A DNA stretch of 64,000 bases from an uncultured Candidatus Binatia bacterium (GTDB lineage Bacteria > Desulfobacterota > Binatia > UBA9968 > JAJDTQ01), in the NCBI GenBank assembly GCA_965213675.1, contig OZ243916.1:1728001-1792000 (forward strand), in the 5' to 3' direction. A program made the translations under genes and the position numbers. Numbering within the stretch: position 1 is the first letter of the stretch; each line of letters starts with the position of its first letter. Positions 1-9,174 of the stretch are shown here, in pieces. The notes under the pieces are model-generated. The model ran no database searches. It was not told where the DNA came from and worked only from the letters and a program-made list of their open reading frames with translations.

Positions 1-1602
1 GATGTTCTCGTGATCGGAGGAGGCGCGGCCGGCCTGCGCGCGGCCATCGCCGCCAGGCGAGCCGGAGCGTCGGTGGCGTTACTGAGCAAGGTCCACCCGT
101 TGCGTACGAACTCGGCGTTGTCGCCTGGAGGCATCAACGCGCCGCTGGGCAGTGACGATTCGGTGCAGAAGTTCGCCGGCGACATCACCAAAGCGGGCGA
201 CGGTCTGTGCAGCCCGGAGGTTGTGAACATCCTGGCGGCGGAAGCCGCACGCGAGGTGGTGTGGCTCGAGCGCGTCGGCGTTCCCTTCAACCGCGACGCG
301 GACGGGCGCATCGACCGCCGCGCATTGGGTTCGGGCAGCGTGGCGCGCGCCGCCTACGCGGACGACCGCACCGGCCACATGGTGCTGCATGTGCTTCACG
401 AGCAGTTCCAGCGCCATGACATCCCCTGCTTCAAGGAATGGTTCGTCACCTCGCTGATTCAGGACGCCGGCGCGTGCACCGGCGCGGTGGCGTTGGACCA
501 CCGCAGCGGGAAAATCGAGACCTTCAGCGCCGGCGCCGTGGTCCTGGCTACCGGCGGCTTCCTTCAGGCGTACCGCCCGTGCACGGCGGCCGTGGGCACC
601 ACCGGCGACGGACTCGCGCTCGGCTACGCCATGGGCGTGGGACTCGCCGACATGGAGATGGTGCAGTTCCATCCCACGGTGTACAGCACGGCCCGGACCG
701 CGCTGATCAGCGAGGCCGCCCTGAGCGCAGGGGCGCGCCTGGTGAACGCCGCCGGCGATACCGTGGTGGAACCCGCGGGGCTCTCCCGGGCGCAACTCGC
801 GGCCGCGGTGGAGGAGGCGGGCCGCAACGGCGGCGGTCCGGTATCGCTGGACCTGCGCCCGGTGGAAGACCTCACGTCCCGCTTTCCGGGCACGGCCGAA
901 GTGGTCCGGCTCATGGCCAGACTCGACATCGCTCAGGCTCCCGTCCCGGTGCAGCCGGTGGCGCACCGCGCCATGGGCGGGCTCGACACCAGCGCTTCCG
1001 GGGAAACCTCGGTGGCGGGGCTCTTCGCGGTCGGCGAATGCGCCCACAACGGCGTTCACGGCGCGGGACGACTGCCGGGCAACACGCTCACGGAGGCGGT
1101 GGTGTTCGGCAAGCGCGTCGGCGAAGCGGCCGCGGCCCACGCCAAGTCCGCGGGCGCCCGGAGCGCGTCCACGGATCAGGCGGCGCGGGACGGCGAACGG
1201 CTGGCGGAAATCACCTCCGGGGGCCCGTCGGATGACACCTTGGGAGCCATTCATCGCGAACTCGGCGAGGTGATGCACGCGAACCTCGGGGTGACGCGCA
1301 CGGACGCCGGTTTGAACGAAGCTCAAGAAGCGATCCGCACGTTGCGGGAACGGCACGGAAGGCTCCGTGTCGGCAATCAGTCGCGTATCTTCAACCATGC
1401 GCTGACGAGCCATATCGAGTTGGGGAACATGCTGGCGCTGGCCGAAGCGGTGGCGTTGGCGGCGCGCAGCCGCACCGAGAGCCGGGGGGCGCATCTCCGG
1501 AGTGATTTCCCCGAGCGTGACGACACCAGTTGGAAGGCGCATACCGTGGTGCAACTACAGGACGGCGCGCCCAAGCTCGACCGAAAAGCCGTAACCGCAT
1601 AA
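1..1602 (+). CDS. Succinate dehydrogenase/fumarate reductase flavoprotein subunit, divergent (5' end outside window)
   Basis: Frame is open from base 1 (DVLVIGGGAAG FAD-binding motif). QFHPT, HRAMGG, GE-x-A-x2-GVHGAGRL and ESRGAHLRSDFPERDD motifs. The covalent-FAD His is absent (RTNSALSPGG). Confidence 0.85.
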   Translation, partial: DVLVIGGGAAGLRAAIAARRAGASVALLSKVHPLRTNSALSPGGINAPLGSDDSVQKFAGDITKAGDGLCSPEVVNILAAEAAREVVWLERVGVPFNRDADGRIDRRALGSGSVARAAYADDRTGHMVLHVLHEQFQRHDIPCFKEWFVTSLIQDAGACTGAVALDHRSGKIETFSAGAVVLATGGFLQAYRPCTAAVGTTGDGLALGYAMGVGLADMEMVQFHPTVYSTARTALISEAALSAGARLVNAAGDTVVEPAGLSRAQLAAAVEEAGRNGGGPVSLDLRPVEDLTSRFPGTAEVVRLMARLDIAQAPVPVQPVAHRAMGGLDTSASGETSVAGLFAVGECAHNGVHGAGRLPGNTLTEAVVFGKRVGEAAAAHAKSAGARSASTDQAARDGERLAEITSGGPSDDTLGAIHRELGEVMHANLGVTRTDAGLNEAQEAIRTLRERHGRLRVGNQSRIFNHALTSHIELGNMLALAEAVALAARSRTESRGAHLRSDFPERDDTSWKAHTVVQLQDGAPKLDRKAVTA

Positions 1603-1678
1603 GGACCGGCACCGCCTGCCCTGTCCCGTGCCACACACAGGGGAAAGGGACGGCGCGACGTACCGGCAAGGAGGGACC

Positions 1679-2635
1679 ATGGAAGTCACCTACAAGGTTC
1701 ACCGCGAAGACGCCGGGAACGGCGGCCAATCCAGCTACTCCACCTACCAGGTCGAGCTGCCCGAGGACGCCACCGTGCTGGACGGGCTGCAGAAGATCCG
1801 GGACGAGCAGGATGACACCCTGGCCTTCCGGGCCTCCTGTTGCCAGGGCACCTGCGGCGAGTGCGCGGTGCGGATCAACTACAAGGCCCAGTTCACCTGC
1901 ACCACCCGGATCGCCGACGTCACCAAAAAGGGTCCGGAAATCCTGTGCGCGCCGGTGCGCAACATCCCGGTGATCAAGGACCTGGTGTTCGACATGGACA
2001 GGTTCACTTGGGACAAGATGGCCGCCATGAAGCCATGGATGGAGCCGGACGACGAGTTCGCGCCGACGGAGAACCTGGTTACCGAGTCGGAGATGGCGGA
2101 AGTGCGCAAGACCATGAGCTGCTACCAGTGCGGCCTGTGCGACGAGGGCTGCGCGGTGCTGCCGGTGGACTTCGACTTCCTGGGACCCGGGGCCATGGTC
2201 AAGGGCTACCGCTTCGTCATGGACCCGCGGGAGACGGGCGCCCGGACGGAAGAGCGGCTGGAGCTGGTGGAGCAGCCCAAGGGCCTGTGGGACTGCGTTC
2301 ACTGCTATGAGGCCAACGGCAAGTGTGCGCGCGGACTGGCGCCGTCGACCAAGATCATGGAGATGCGCGACGTCTCCTTCAAGCACGGCATCAAGAACGA
2401 AAAGGTCGCGCGCCATCACCAAAGCTTCATCAACTCGGTGAAGCAGACCGGCTGGCTCGACGAGCGCAAGCTGGTCATGGAGACCGAGGGCCTGACCAAT
2501 ATCGGCGGCCTGATGAAGCTCTTGCCCACCGCGGTGCGCGCGATGACACACGGCAAGATGCCCGGCCGGCACGAGAAGCGCCCCGGGGCCGATCAGATCA
2601 AGCGCATCATCGAGAAAGCGGAGGAATCCAAGTGA
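1679..2635 (+). CDS. sdhB: SQR/QFR iron-sulfur subunit with C-terminal extension (type E-like)
   Basis: AFRASCCQGTCGEC..C [2Fe-2S] motif, CYQCGLC...C and CVHCYEANGKC. AGGAGG RBS precedes the ATG at 1679. Confidence 0.88.
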   Translation: MEVTYKVHREDAGNGGQSSYSTYQVELPEDATVLDGLQKIRDEQDDTLAFRASCCQGTCGECAVRINYKAQFTCTTRIADVTKKGPEILCAPVRNIPVIKDLVFDMDRFTWDKMAAMKPWMEPDDEFAPTENLVTESEMAEVRKTMSCYQCGLCDEGCAVLPVDFDFLGPGAMVKGYRFVMDPRETGARTEERLELVEQPKGLWDCVHCYEANGKCARGLAPSTKIMEMRDVSFKHGIKNEKVARHHQSFINSVKQTGWLDERKLVMETEGLTNIGGLMKLLPTAVRAMTHGKMPGRHEKRPGADQIKRIIEKAEESK

Positions 2636-3510
2636 AATACGCGTTCTACCCCGGATGTGTGGCCAAGGGCGGATGCCCCGAACTCTACACTGCCGCCGTC
2701 AAGGTCGCCGGCAAGCTGGATATCGAGCTCGATGAAATGACCGACGTGGCGTGCACGGGCGCGGGCTGCATGCCGACGCACCTGTCGGACCCCATCAACG
2801 CGCGTACCTTCGCCAAGGCCGAGCAGATGGGGTTGCCCATCATGACCATCTGCAGCACCTGCCAGGGCGTTTTCAGCCAGGCCAACCACCGCCTGCAGGA
2901 CTCCGACTACCGCGAGGAGATCAACCGCGAGTACCTGGCGGAGGAAGGACTGTCCTACCAGGGCACCACCGAGGTCAAGCATCTGCTGTGGGTGCTGTTC
3001 GAGGACCTGGGGATCGAGAAGCTGAAGTCACTGATCGAGCGCCCGCTGGATGGTCTCAAGGTCTCGCCGTTCTATGGCTGTTTCCTGCGCCGGCCCGGCC
3101 CCATCATGGTGCCGACCAAGGAAGTGGGCGGACGCCGCGGTTACCTGGAGGATCTCACCCGCCTGTTGGGGGCCGAGAACGTGGACATCAGCGGCAAGAC
3201 CAAGTGCTGCGGCTTCCCGGTTCTCACCGCCAACGAGGAAAGCTCCCTCGGTATGGTGGCCAAACACGCCGGCGAATCGAAACAGAACGGCGCTGACTGC
3301 ATGGTGACCCCGTGTCCGCTGTGTCACCTGAACCTCGACGGCAACCAGCCCAGGGCCGAAAACCTGAAGGGGGAGAAGATCAACCTTCCCATCGTTCATC
3401 TGCCGCAACTTCTCGGGCTGGCGCTGGGTTTCGATGCCGACGAGATGCAGCTCGGCAAGCATATCGTGTCCACCAAGGCGGTCAACGACAAGGTGGACAT
3501 GCTGACGTAG
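2632..3510 (+). CDS. HdrB/SdhE-like CCG-domain subunit
   Basis: GTG start overlaps the sdhB stop. YAFYPGC, CTGAG, TICSTC, PFYGC, KCCGFP and VTPCPLCHLNLD match the CCG/HdrB pattern. Confidence 0.88.
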   Translation: MKYAFYPGCVAKGGCPELYTAAVKVAGKLDIELDEMTDVACTGAGCMPTHLSDPINARTFAKAEQMGLPIMTICSTCQGVFSQANHRLQDSDYREEINREYLAEEGLSYQGTTEVKHLLWVLFEDLGIEKLKSLIERPLDGLKVSPFYGCFLRRPGPIMVPTKEVGGRRGYLEDLTRLLGAENVDISGKTKCCGFPVLTANEESSLGMVAKHAGESKQNGADCMVTPCPLCHLNLDGNQPRAENLKGEKINLPIVHLPQLLGLALGFDADEMQLGKHIVSTKAVNDKVDMLT

Positions 3511-3619
3511 GGGACAACCGTTCTTCGGCTTCGCTTCACGGGTGTCCCTTCGACTTTGCCCCGCGAATCTGTCCTGAGCCCGCCGGAAAGGACGAACGGA
3601 TTTTCAGACACATCAGCCG

Positions 3620-3823
3620 ATGGGCGACCACGACTACAAGCCCAATGCCGTCAACCTGGCGCGGGAGCTGTTCAAGTTCCGCAAGTCGCAGCGTCCTTTC
3701 GGCTTCTACTACGCCGTCAAGGTCCGTCTCGGTCACGCGTGGGTCGAAGACGAGACCGCGTTGACGGAGATCCTGTCCGGCATCGAAGAGCTGGGCTACG
3801 AGGTGGTCCGGAAGCGGCAGTAG
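3620..3823 (+). CDS. Small hypothetical protein (67 aa)
   Basis: Host-like GC3 codon usage; sits co-oriented between the two SDH operons; no recognisable family. Confidence 0.55.
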   Translation: MGDHDYKPNAVNLARELFKFRKSQRPFGFYYAVKVRLGHAWVEDETALTEILSGIEELGYEVVRKRQ

Positions 3824-3938
3824 GAAGCAGCGGCTTGACGGGACGTAACCTCCGTGCGTGGCGCGTGACCTCCACTCCGGGGCGCGCCGCCCGAATTCCA
3901 CGAATTACACACCAAAGGAGTGCGAAGAGCGCCGAATC

Positions 3939-4694
3939 ATGAGCACCGTAGCAATCGACAAAAGAACCCTCCGGCAGGATACCTGGTGGCTCGAACCCAT
4001 GCTGGTCGTGTTGGGGCTGGGCTGCTTCGGCATCTATTCCACGTGGGCCGCGTTGCAGAACGCCAACTACTTCGCGGACCCGTACCTCTCGCCGTTCTAC
4101 TCGCCGTGTCTCGCCATCAATTGCGAGCACGTGAGCGTGCCGCTGTTCGGCTCGTGGTTCAACTGGTCCCCGGCGATCCTGATCCTGTGGATACCGGGGG
4201 GCTTCCGGCTCACCTGCTACTACTACCGCAAGGCCTACTACCGGTCGTTCTTCTGGTCGCCGCCGGCGTGCGCGGTGCGGGACGCCGCCAGCAGTTACTC
4301 CGGGGAGACAAGGTTCCCCTTCATCCTGCAAAACATCCATCGCTACTTCTTCTGGATGTCGCTGCCCATCCTGGCGTTCCTTTGGTGGGACGCCATCATC
4401 GCCTTCAACTTCGGCGGCAGCTTCGGCATCGGCGTGGGCACCCTGGTGCTGATCGCCAACGCCTCGCTGCTGTCGCTCTACAGCTTCTCCTGCCACTCCT
4501 GCCGCCACCTGTGCGGCGGCGGGCTCAACAGCTTCAAGGGCGCGCCCGCGCGCTACAAGACCTGGAGCATCGTCACCAAGCTGAACGAGAAGCACATGCA
4601 GATCGCCTGGGTCAGCCTCGTGTGGGTGGGCCTCACCGACGTCTACGTCCGGTTGGTGGCGACGGGCGTCATCCATGATCTGAGGTTCCTCTGA
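3939..4694 (+). CDS. Membrane anchor of actinobacterial Sdh1-type complex II (Rv0249c-like)
   Basis: Several TM segments. YLSPFYSP, PGGFRLTCYYYRKAYYRSF, QNIHRYF, SCHSCRHLCGG and LNEKHM motifs. Stop overlaps the next ATG. Confidence 0.85.
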   Translation: MSTVAIDKRTLRQDTWWLEPMLVVLGLGCFGIYSTWAALQNANYFADPYLSPFYSPCLAINCEHVSVPLFGSWFNWSPAILILWIPGGFRLTCYYYRKAYYRSFFWSPPACAVRDAASSYSGETRFPFILQNIHRYFFWMSLPILAFLWWDAIIAFNFGGSFGIGVGTLVLIANASLLSLYSFSCHSCRHLCGGGLNSFKGAPARYKTWSIVTKLNEKHMQIAWVSLVWVGLTDVYVRLVATGVIHDLRFL

Positions 4695-6496
4695 TGGCGC
4701 GCGAGAGCTACGAGACCCACGATTACGACGTGGTGGTGGTGGGCGCCGGCGGCGCCGGCCTGCGCGCCGCCATCGAGGCCCACGACAAGGGCGCTCGAAC
4801 CGCCATCATCTGCAAGTCGCTGCTGGGCAAGGCGCACACGGTCATGGCCGAGGGCGGCATCGCCGCGGCCATGGGCAACGTGTGGCCGGAGGACAACTGG
4901 AAGGTCCACTTCCGCGACACCATGCGCGGCGGCAAGCTGCTCAACAACTGGCGCATGGCGCAGATTCACGCCCAGCAGGCGCCCGACCGGGTGCTGGAGC
5001 TGGAGGAGTGGGGGGCGCTGTTCGACCGCACGCCCGAAGGGCTGATCCTGCAACGCGACTTCGGCGGGCACCGCTACGCACGTCTGGCGCACGTGGGCGA
5101 CCGCACCGGACTGGAGATGATCCGCACGCTGCAGCAGCGCGCGGTGGCGCTGGGCATCGACGTCCACATGGAATGCAACATCCAGCACCTGCTCATGAAC
5201 GACGGCCGGGTGAGCGGGGCGGTGGGCTACTGGCGCGAAAGCGGCGCGCTCATCGTGTTCAACTGCAAGTCGGTGGTGCTGGCCACGGGCGGCTCGGGCA
5301 AGTGCTGGCAGGTGACTTCCAACTCGTGGGAGTACAGTGGCGACGGCATGGGCATGGCCATGGAGGTGGGAGCGGACCTCATCGACATGGAGAAGGTGCA
5401 GTTCCACCCCACGGGCATGGTGTGGCCGCCCAGCGTGCGCGGCATCCTGGTGACCGAGGGGGTACGCGGCGACGGCGGCACCCTGCTGAACTCCGCGGGC
5501 GAACGGTTCATGTTCAACTACATCTCCGACTTCTTCAAGGCGGAGACCGCGGACAACGAGACCGAGGCCGACGCCTGGTATCAGGACAAGAAGAACAACC
5601 GGCGCACCCCCGACCTGCTGCCGCGGGACGAGGTGGCCCGGGCCATCAACGCCGAGGTCAAGGCCGGCCGCGGCACCGAGCACGGCGGCGTGTACCTGGA
5701 CATCGCCAACCGCCGGGACGCGGACTATATCATGCGGCGGCTGCCGTCCATGTATCACCAGTTCAAGGAACTCGCGGACGTGGACATCACCAAAGAGGCC
5801 ATGGAGGTGGGGCCCACCTGTCACTACATCATGGGCGGCGTCCGGGTGGACGCCGACACCTCGGCCACCACGGTGGAGGGACTCTACGCCGCGGGGGAGG
5901 TGGCGGGAGGCCTGCACGGCGCCAATCGGTTGGGCGGCAACTCCCTCTCGGACCTGCTGGTGTTCGGGTGCATCGCGGGCGGCTCGGCCGCAGACTACGC
6001 CCTCGGCGCCGCAGCCGCCACCGCGGCGGATCCGGCGGAAGTGGACCGGGTCACGACGCTGATGCTGGAGCCCTTCACCGACCGCGGCGACGAGAATCCC
6101 TACGCCATCCACGGCGACCTCCAGCGCACCATGCACAACCTGGTGGGCATCATCCGCACCGAGAGCGAGATGCTGAAGGCCATGGAGGAGATCGCGGCAT
6201 ACAAGGAACGGGCCGCGCGCGTGAAGGTCGAGGGCGGCCGGCGCTTCAATCCCGGCTGGCACCTGGCGCTGGACTTGAGGTCGCTGCTGGCGGTGGCCGA
6301 GGCCGCGACCCTGTCGGCGCTGGAGTGCAAGGAGAGCCGCGGCGGACACACCCGTGACGACTATCCGGACCCCGATCCCGAATACGGCAGCGTCAACGTG
6401 GTTACGCGCAAGCGGAACGAGACCATTGCGGTCTCCCTCGAGGCCCTGCCGGAGATGCCCGAAGAGCTCAGGAAAATCGTCGAGGAGCAAGTTTGA
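4694..6496 (+). CDS. sdhA: Succinate dehydrogenase flavoprotein (Sdh1/Rv0248c-like)
   Basis: GAGGAG, KAHTVMAEGG (covalent FAD His), QFHPTG, TEGVRGDGG, LPRDEVAR, HYIMGG, HGANRLGGNSL, ESRGGH. Confidence 0.93.
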   Translation: MARESYETHDYDVVVVGAGGAGLRAAIEAHDKGARTAIICKSLLGKAHTVMAEGGIAAAMGNVWPEDNWKVHFRDTMRGGKLLNNWRMAQIHAQQAPDRVLELEEWGALFDRTPEGLILQRDFGGHRYARLAHVGDRTGLEMIRTLQQRAVALGIDVHMECNIQHLLMNDGRVSGAVGYWRESGALIVFNCKSVVLATGGSGKCWQVTSNSWEYSGDGMGMAMEVGADLIDMEKVQFHPTGMVWPPSVRGILVTEGVRGDGGTLLNSAGERFMFNYISDFFKAETADNETEADAWYQDKKNNRRTPDLLPRDEVARAINAEVKAGRGTEHGGVYLDIANRRDADYIMRRLPSMYHQFKELADVDITKEAMEVGPTCHYIMGGVRVDADTSATTVEGLYAAGEVAGGLHGANRLGGNSLSDLLVFGCIAGGSAADYALGAAAATAADPAEVDRVTTLMLEPFTDRGDENPYAIHGDLQRTMHNLVGIIRTESEMLKAMEEIAAYKERAARVKVEGGRRFNPGWHLALDLRSLLAVAEAATLSALECKESRGGHTRDDYPDPDPEYGSVNVVTRKRNETIAVSLEALPEMPEELRKIVEEQV

Positions 6497-7272
6497 TGGC
6501 TGAAGCAGCGGTTGCAGAAAACGGAGCCCAAGCGAAAATGCGCGTATGGCGCGGCGACGGCGACGGCGGAGAGTTCAGGGATTACACCGTGCCGCTTCAG
6601 GAGGGCATGGTGGTGCTGGACGTGATCCACGCCATCCAGGCCATGCACGCCGGCGACCTCGCCGTGCGCTGGAACTGCAAGGCCGGGAAATGCGGCTCGT
6701 GCAGCGCCGAGGTCAATGGCAAGCCGCGGCTCATGTGCATGACACGGATGAACACGTTCGAACCCGGCGAGACCATCACCGTGGCGCCCATCAGGACCTT
6801 TCCGCTGATCCGGGACCTCGTCACCGACGTTTCCTACAACTACGAAAAGGCCAAGACCATCCCGCCGTTCAAGCCCAAGCCCAAGGAGGCCGACGGCACC
6901 CGGCGCATGTACCAGGAAGACATCGACCGGGTGCAGGAATTCCACAAGTGCATCGAGTGCTACCTGTGCCAGAACGTCTGCCACGTCATCCGCGATCATG
7001 ACGAGAACAAGCCGAGCTTCGCCGGGCCGCGCTTCTTCGTGCGCGTGGCGGGCCTGGAGATGCATCCGCTGGACACCGACGACCGGCTGGAATTCCTGCG
7101 CAACGAAGCCGGGCTGGGCTTCTGCAACATCACCAAGTGCTGCACCGAAGTCTGTCCCGAGAACATCAAGATCACCGACAACTCCATCATCCCCATGAAG
7201 GAGCGCGTGGTGACCCGGTTCTACGACCCCATCGCGCGTCTGCTTGGGGCGCTGGGCGGGAAGAAGTCCTGA
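6496..7272 (+). CDS. sdhB: Succinate dehydrogenase iron-sulfur subunit (Sdh1/Rv0247c-like)
   Basis: RWNCKAGKCGSC..C, CIECYLCQNVC and CNITKCCTEVCP motifs. Confidence 0.92.
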   Translation: MAEAAVAENGAQAKMRVWRGDGDGGEFRDYTVPLQEGMVVLDVIHAIQAMHAGDLAVRWNCKAGKCGSCSAEVNGKPRLMCMTRMNTFEPGETITVAPIRTFPLIRDLVTDVSYNYEKAKTIPPFKPKPKEADGTRRMYQEDIDRVQEFHKCIECYLCQNVCHVIRDHDENKPSFAGPRFFVRVAGLEMHPLDTDDRLEFLRNEAGLGFCNITKCCTEVCPENIKITDNSIIPMKERVVTRFYDPIARLLGALGGKKS

Positions 7273-7337
7273 CGCCCTCTCCAGCCGCGAGCGGGAGAAT
7301 GGCGCCAACTGCACCAACGGCAGCGGGGTTGAGCCGC

Positions 7338-7366
7338 GTCCCCGCGTTCGCGGGAATGACGTTTCG
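7338..7366. repeat. REP-like palindrome (GTCATTCCCGCG-n-GCGGGA family)
   Basis: gtccccgcgttcgcgggaatgacgtttcg; shares cgcgggaatgacgtttcg with 51571-51588; related copy near 19774. Confidence 0.7.
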
Positions 7367-7422
7367 CAGGACGTGCGTTCGGATCACTCTTCACCAACTT
7401 TTTTCAACATTGGGTGCACGCA

Positions 7423-7484
7423 GCGAAGCCTGTCCTGAGCCTGGGAGCCTCGGAGCCTGGCCAAGGGCTCAGAACAGGCTTCGC
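7423..7484. repeat. Long inverted repeat / REP-like element
   Basis: gcgaagcctgtcctgagcc ... ggctcagaacaggcttcgc (19-bp arms, one mismatch); related ctgtcctgagcc near 3569. Confidence 0.7.
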
Positions 7485-7503
7485 CAGGTTGAAGGACGCC
7501 GTA

Positions 7504-8286
7504 ATGCCCATTGAACTGTCAGAACGGGTAGCGCTGGTCACCGGCGGCGGCACGGGCATCGGCAAGGCGGTGGCCCGGGCCATGGCGCAGGAAGGCGCAC
7601 GGGTCGTTCTCGCCGCGCGTGACGGGACACGCCTGGAGGCGACCGCGCGGGAACTGCGCGCCGAGGGGCATTCGGTGCTGCCGGTTCCCGTGGACGTGAG
7701 AGACCGGGCCAGCGGGCGCGATTGCGTGGCCGCGATCCGGGAGCACTGGGGCCGGGTGGACATCCTGGTGAACAACGCCGGGGTCTCGGGGATGACGCCC
7801 ATGGACGGCGAAGACGACGGCCTCTGGCGCGCCATCGTCGACACGAACCTCACCGGCGTGTACCTGCTGACCAAGGAAGTGCTGGGCATCATGAACGACG
7901 ACGGCCGCGGCCGCATCATCAACATGTCCTCGGTTCTGGGGAAGTTCGGCGTCCCGGGCTATGCCGCCTATTGCGCCAGCAAGCACGGGCTCATCGGCTT
8001 CACCCGGGCGCTGGCGCTGGAAGTCGTGTCCCGCGGCATTACCGTCAACGCCCTGTGTCCGGGATGGGTGGACACCGAGATGTCCCGCGCAGGCATCGAG
8101 CAGATTGCCGCGCAACAGGGGACCGATCCGGCGTCCTTCAAGCAACAGGCGCTGGCCGCGGTGCCGATCCGGCGGTTTCTCGAACCGGAGGAAATCGCCC
8201 GGTTCGCAGTCTATCTTGCGTCCGACAAGGCCTCCGGCATCACCGGGCAGGCCCTCAACATCTGCGGCGGGCAGACAATGGTGTAA
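7504..8286 (+). CDS. Short-chain dehydrogenase/reductase (FabG/BDH-like)
   Basis: TGGGTGIG, NNAG, S-Y-x3-K (YCASKH), NALCPGWVDT. Confidence 0.9.
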   Translation: MPIELSERVALVTGGGTGIGKAVARAMAQEGARVVLAARDGTRLEATARELRAEGHSVLPVPVDVRDRASGRDCVAAIREHWGRVDILVNNAGVSGMTPMDGEDDGLWRAIVDTNLTGVYLLTKEVLGIMNDDGRGRIINMSSVLGKFGVPGYAAYCASKHGLIGFTRALALEVVSRGITVNALCPGWVDTEMSRAGIEQIAAQQGTDPASFKQQALAAVPIRRFLEPEEIARFAVYLASDKASGITGQALNICGGQTMV

Positions 8287-8289
8287 CCG

Positions 8290-9108
8290 ATGACCATCCC
8301 CGAACTCGAAGCCATAGCCAGGGACATCAGGGTCGACGTGATCCGAATGCTGGTGGAAGCGGGCTCCGGTCACCCGGGCGGCTCGCTGTCCTGCACGGAC
8401 ATGGTCACGGCGCTCTACTTCCACCAGATGCGCCACCGCCCGAAACAGCCGGACTGGCCCGACCGGGATCGCTTCGTGCTCTCCAAGGGCCACTGCGTCC
8501 CCGCGGTGTACGCCGCCCTGGCCCAAGCCGGCTACTTCCCGCGTGAGGAGCTGCTGAGCCTGCGCAAACTCGACAGCCGCATGCAGGGGCATCCCGACCG
8601 CCATCGCTTCCCTTATGTCGAGGCCTCCACCGGCTCTCTCGGACAGGGCTTGTCCGTGGCCCTGGGCATGGCGCTGGCGGGCAAGACCGGCGGCCAGGAT
8701 TTCCGCGTCTACTGCGTCATCAGCGACGGCGAGTGCCAGGCCGGGCAGATCTGGGAAGCGGCCATGTCCGCGCCCCGGTTCGGCCTCGACAACCTTTGCG
8801 TGCTCATGGACTACAACCACATCCAGTTGAGCGGCGGGACCGATGAGATCATGAGCCTGGAGCCGGTGCTGGACAAGTGGCGCGCCTTCAACTGGAACAC
8901 CCTGGAGATCGACGGCCACAGCTTCCCCGCCATCCTCGACGCCCTCAAGGCCGCTGAACAGCACCGCGACGGCCCCACCATGATCGTGTGCCAGACCGTC
9001 AAGGGCAAAGGAGTCAGCTTCATGGAGAACCGCTGGGAATGGCACGGCAAGGCTCCCAGCCGCGAGGAAGGCGAACGCGCCATCGCGGAGATCGCCAACG
9101 GTTCGTAA
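8290..9108 (+). CDS. Transketolase N-terminal (TPP-binding) subunit
   Basis: SGHPGGSLS, DRFVLSKGH, STGSLGQG, SDGE-x-QAGQIWEA, TVKGKGVSFME. Confidence 0.92.
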   Translation: MTIPELEAIARDIRVDVIRMLVEAGSGHPGGSLSCTDMVTALYFHQMRHRPKQPDWPDRDRFVLSKGHCVPAVYAALAQAGYFPREELLSLRKLDSRMQGHPDRHRFPYVEASTGSLGQGLSVALGMALAGKTGGQDFRVYCVISDGECQAGQIWEAAMSAPRFGLDNLCVLMDYNHIQLSGGTDEIMSLEPVLDKWRAFNWNTLEIDGHSFPAILDALKAAEQHRDGPTMIVCQTVKGKGVSFMENRWEWHGKAPSREEGERAIAEIANGS

Positions 9109-9125
9109 GCCAGTGACCCGCCCAT

Positions 9126-9148
9126 GGGCGGCCGCCGGTCGCCCCTAC
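9126..9148 (-). repeat. GTAG-type REP palindrome
   Basis: Minus strand reads GTAG-GGGCGACCGGCGGCCGCCC, between the two transketolase subunit genes. Confidence 0.55.
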
Positions 9149-9174
9149 GAATGGCCGCAGCAAGGAAAACACAC

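Noticed and set aside
7504-8286. Resemblance of the SDR to type II PKS ketoreductases (ActIII-like)
   Set aside because: No ACP or ketosynthase genes nearby; generic SDR similarity is enough to explain it.
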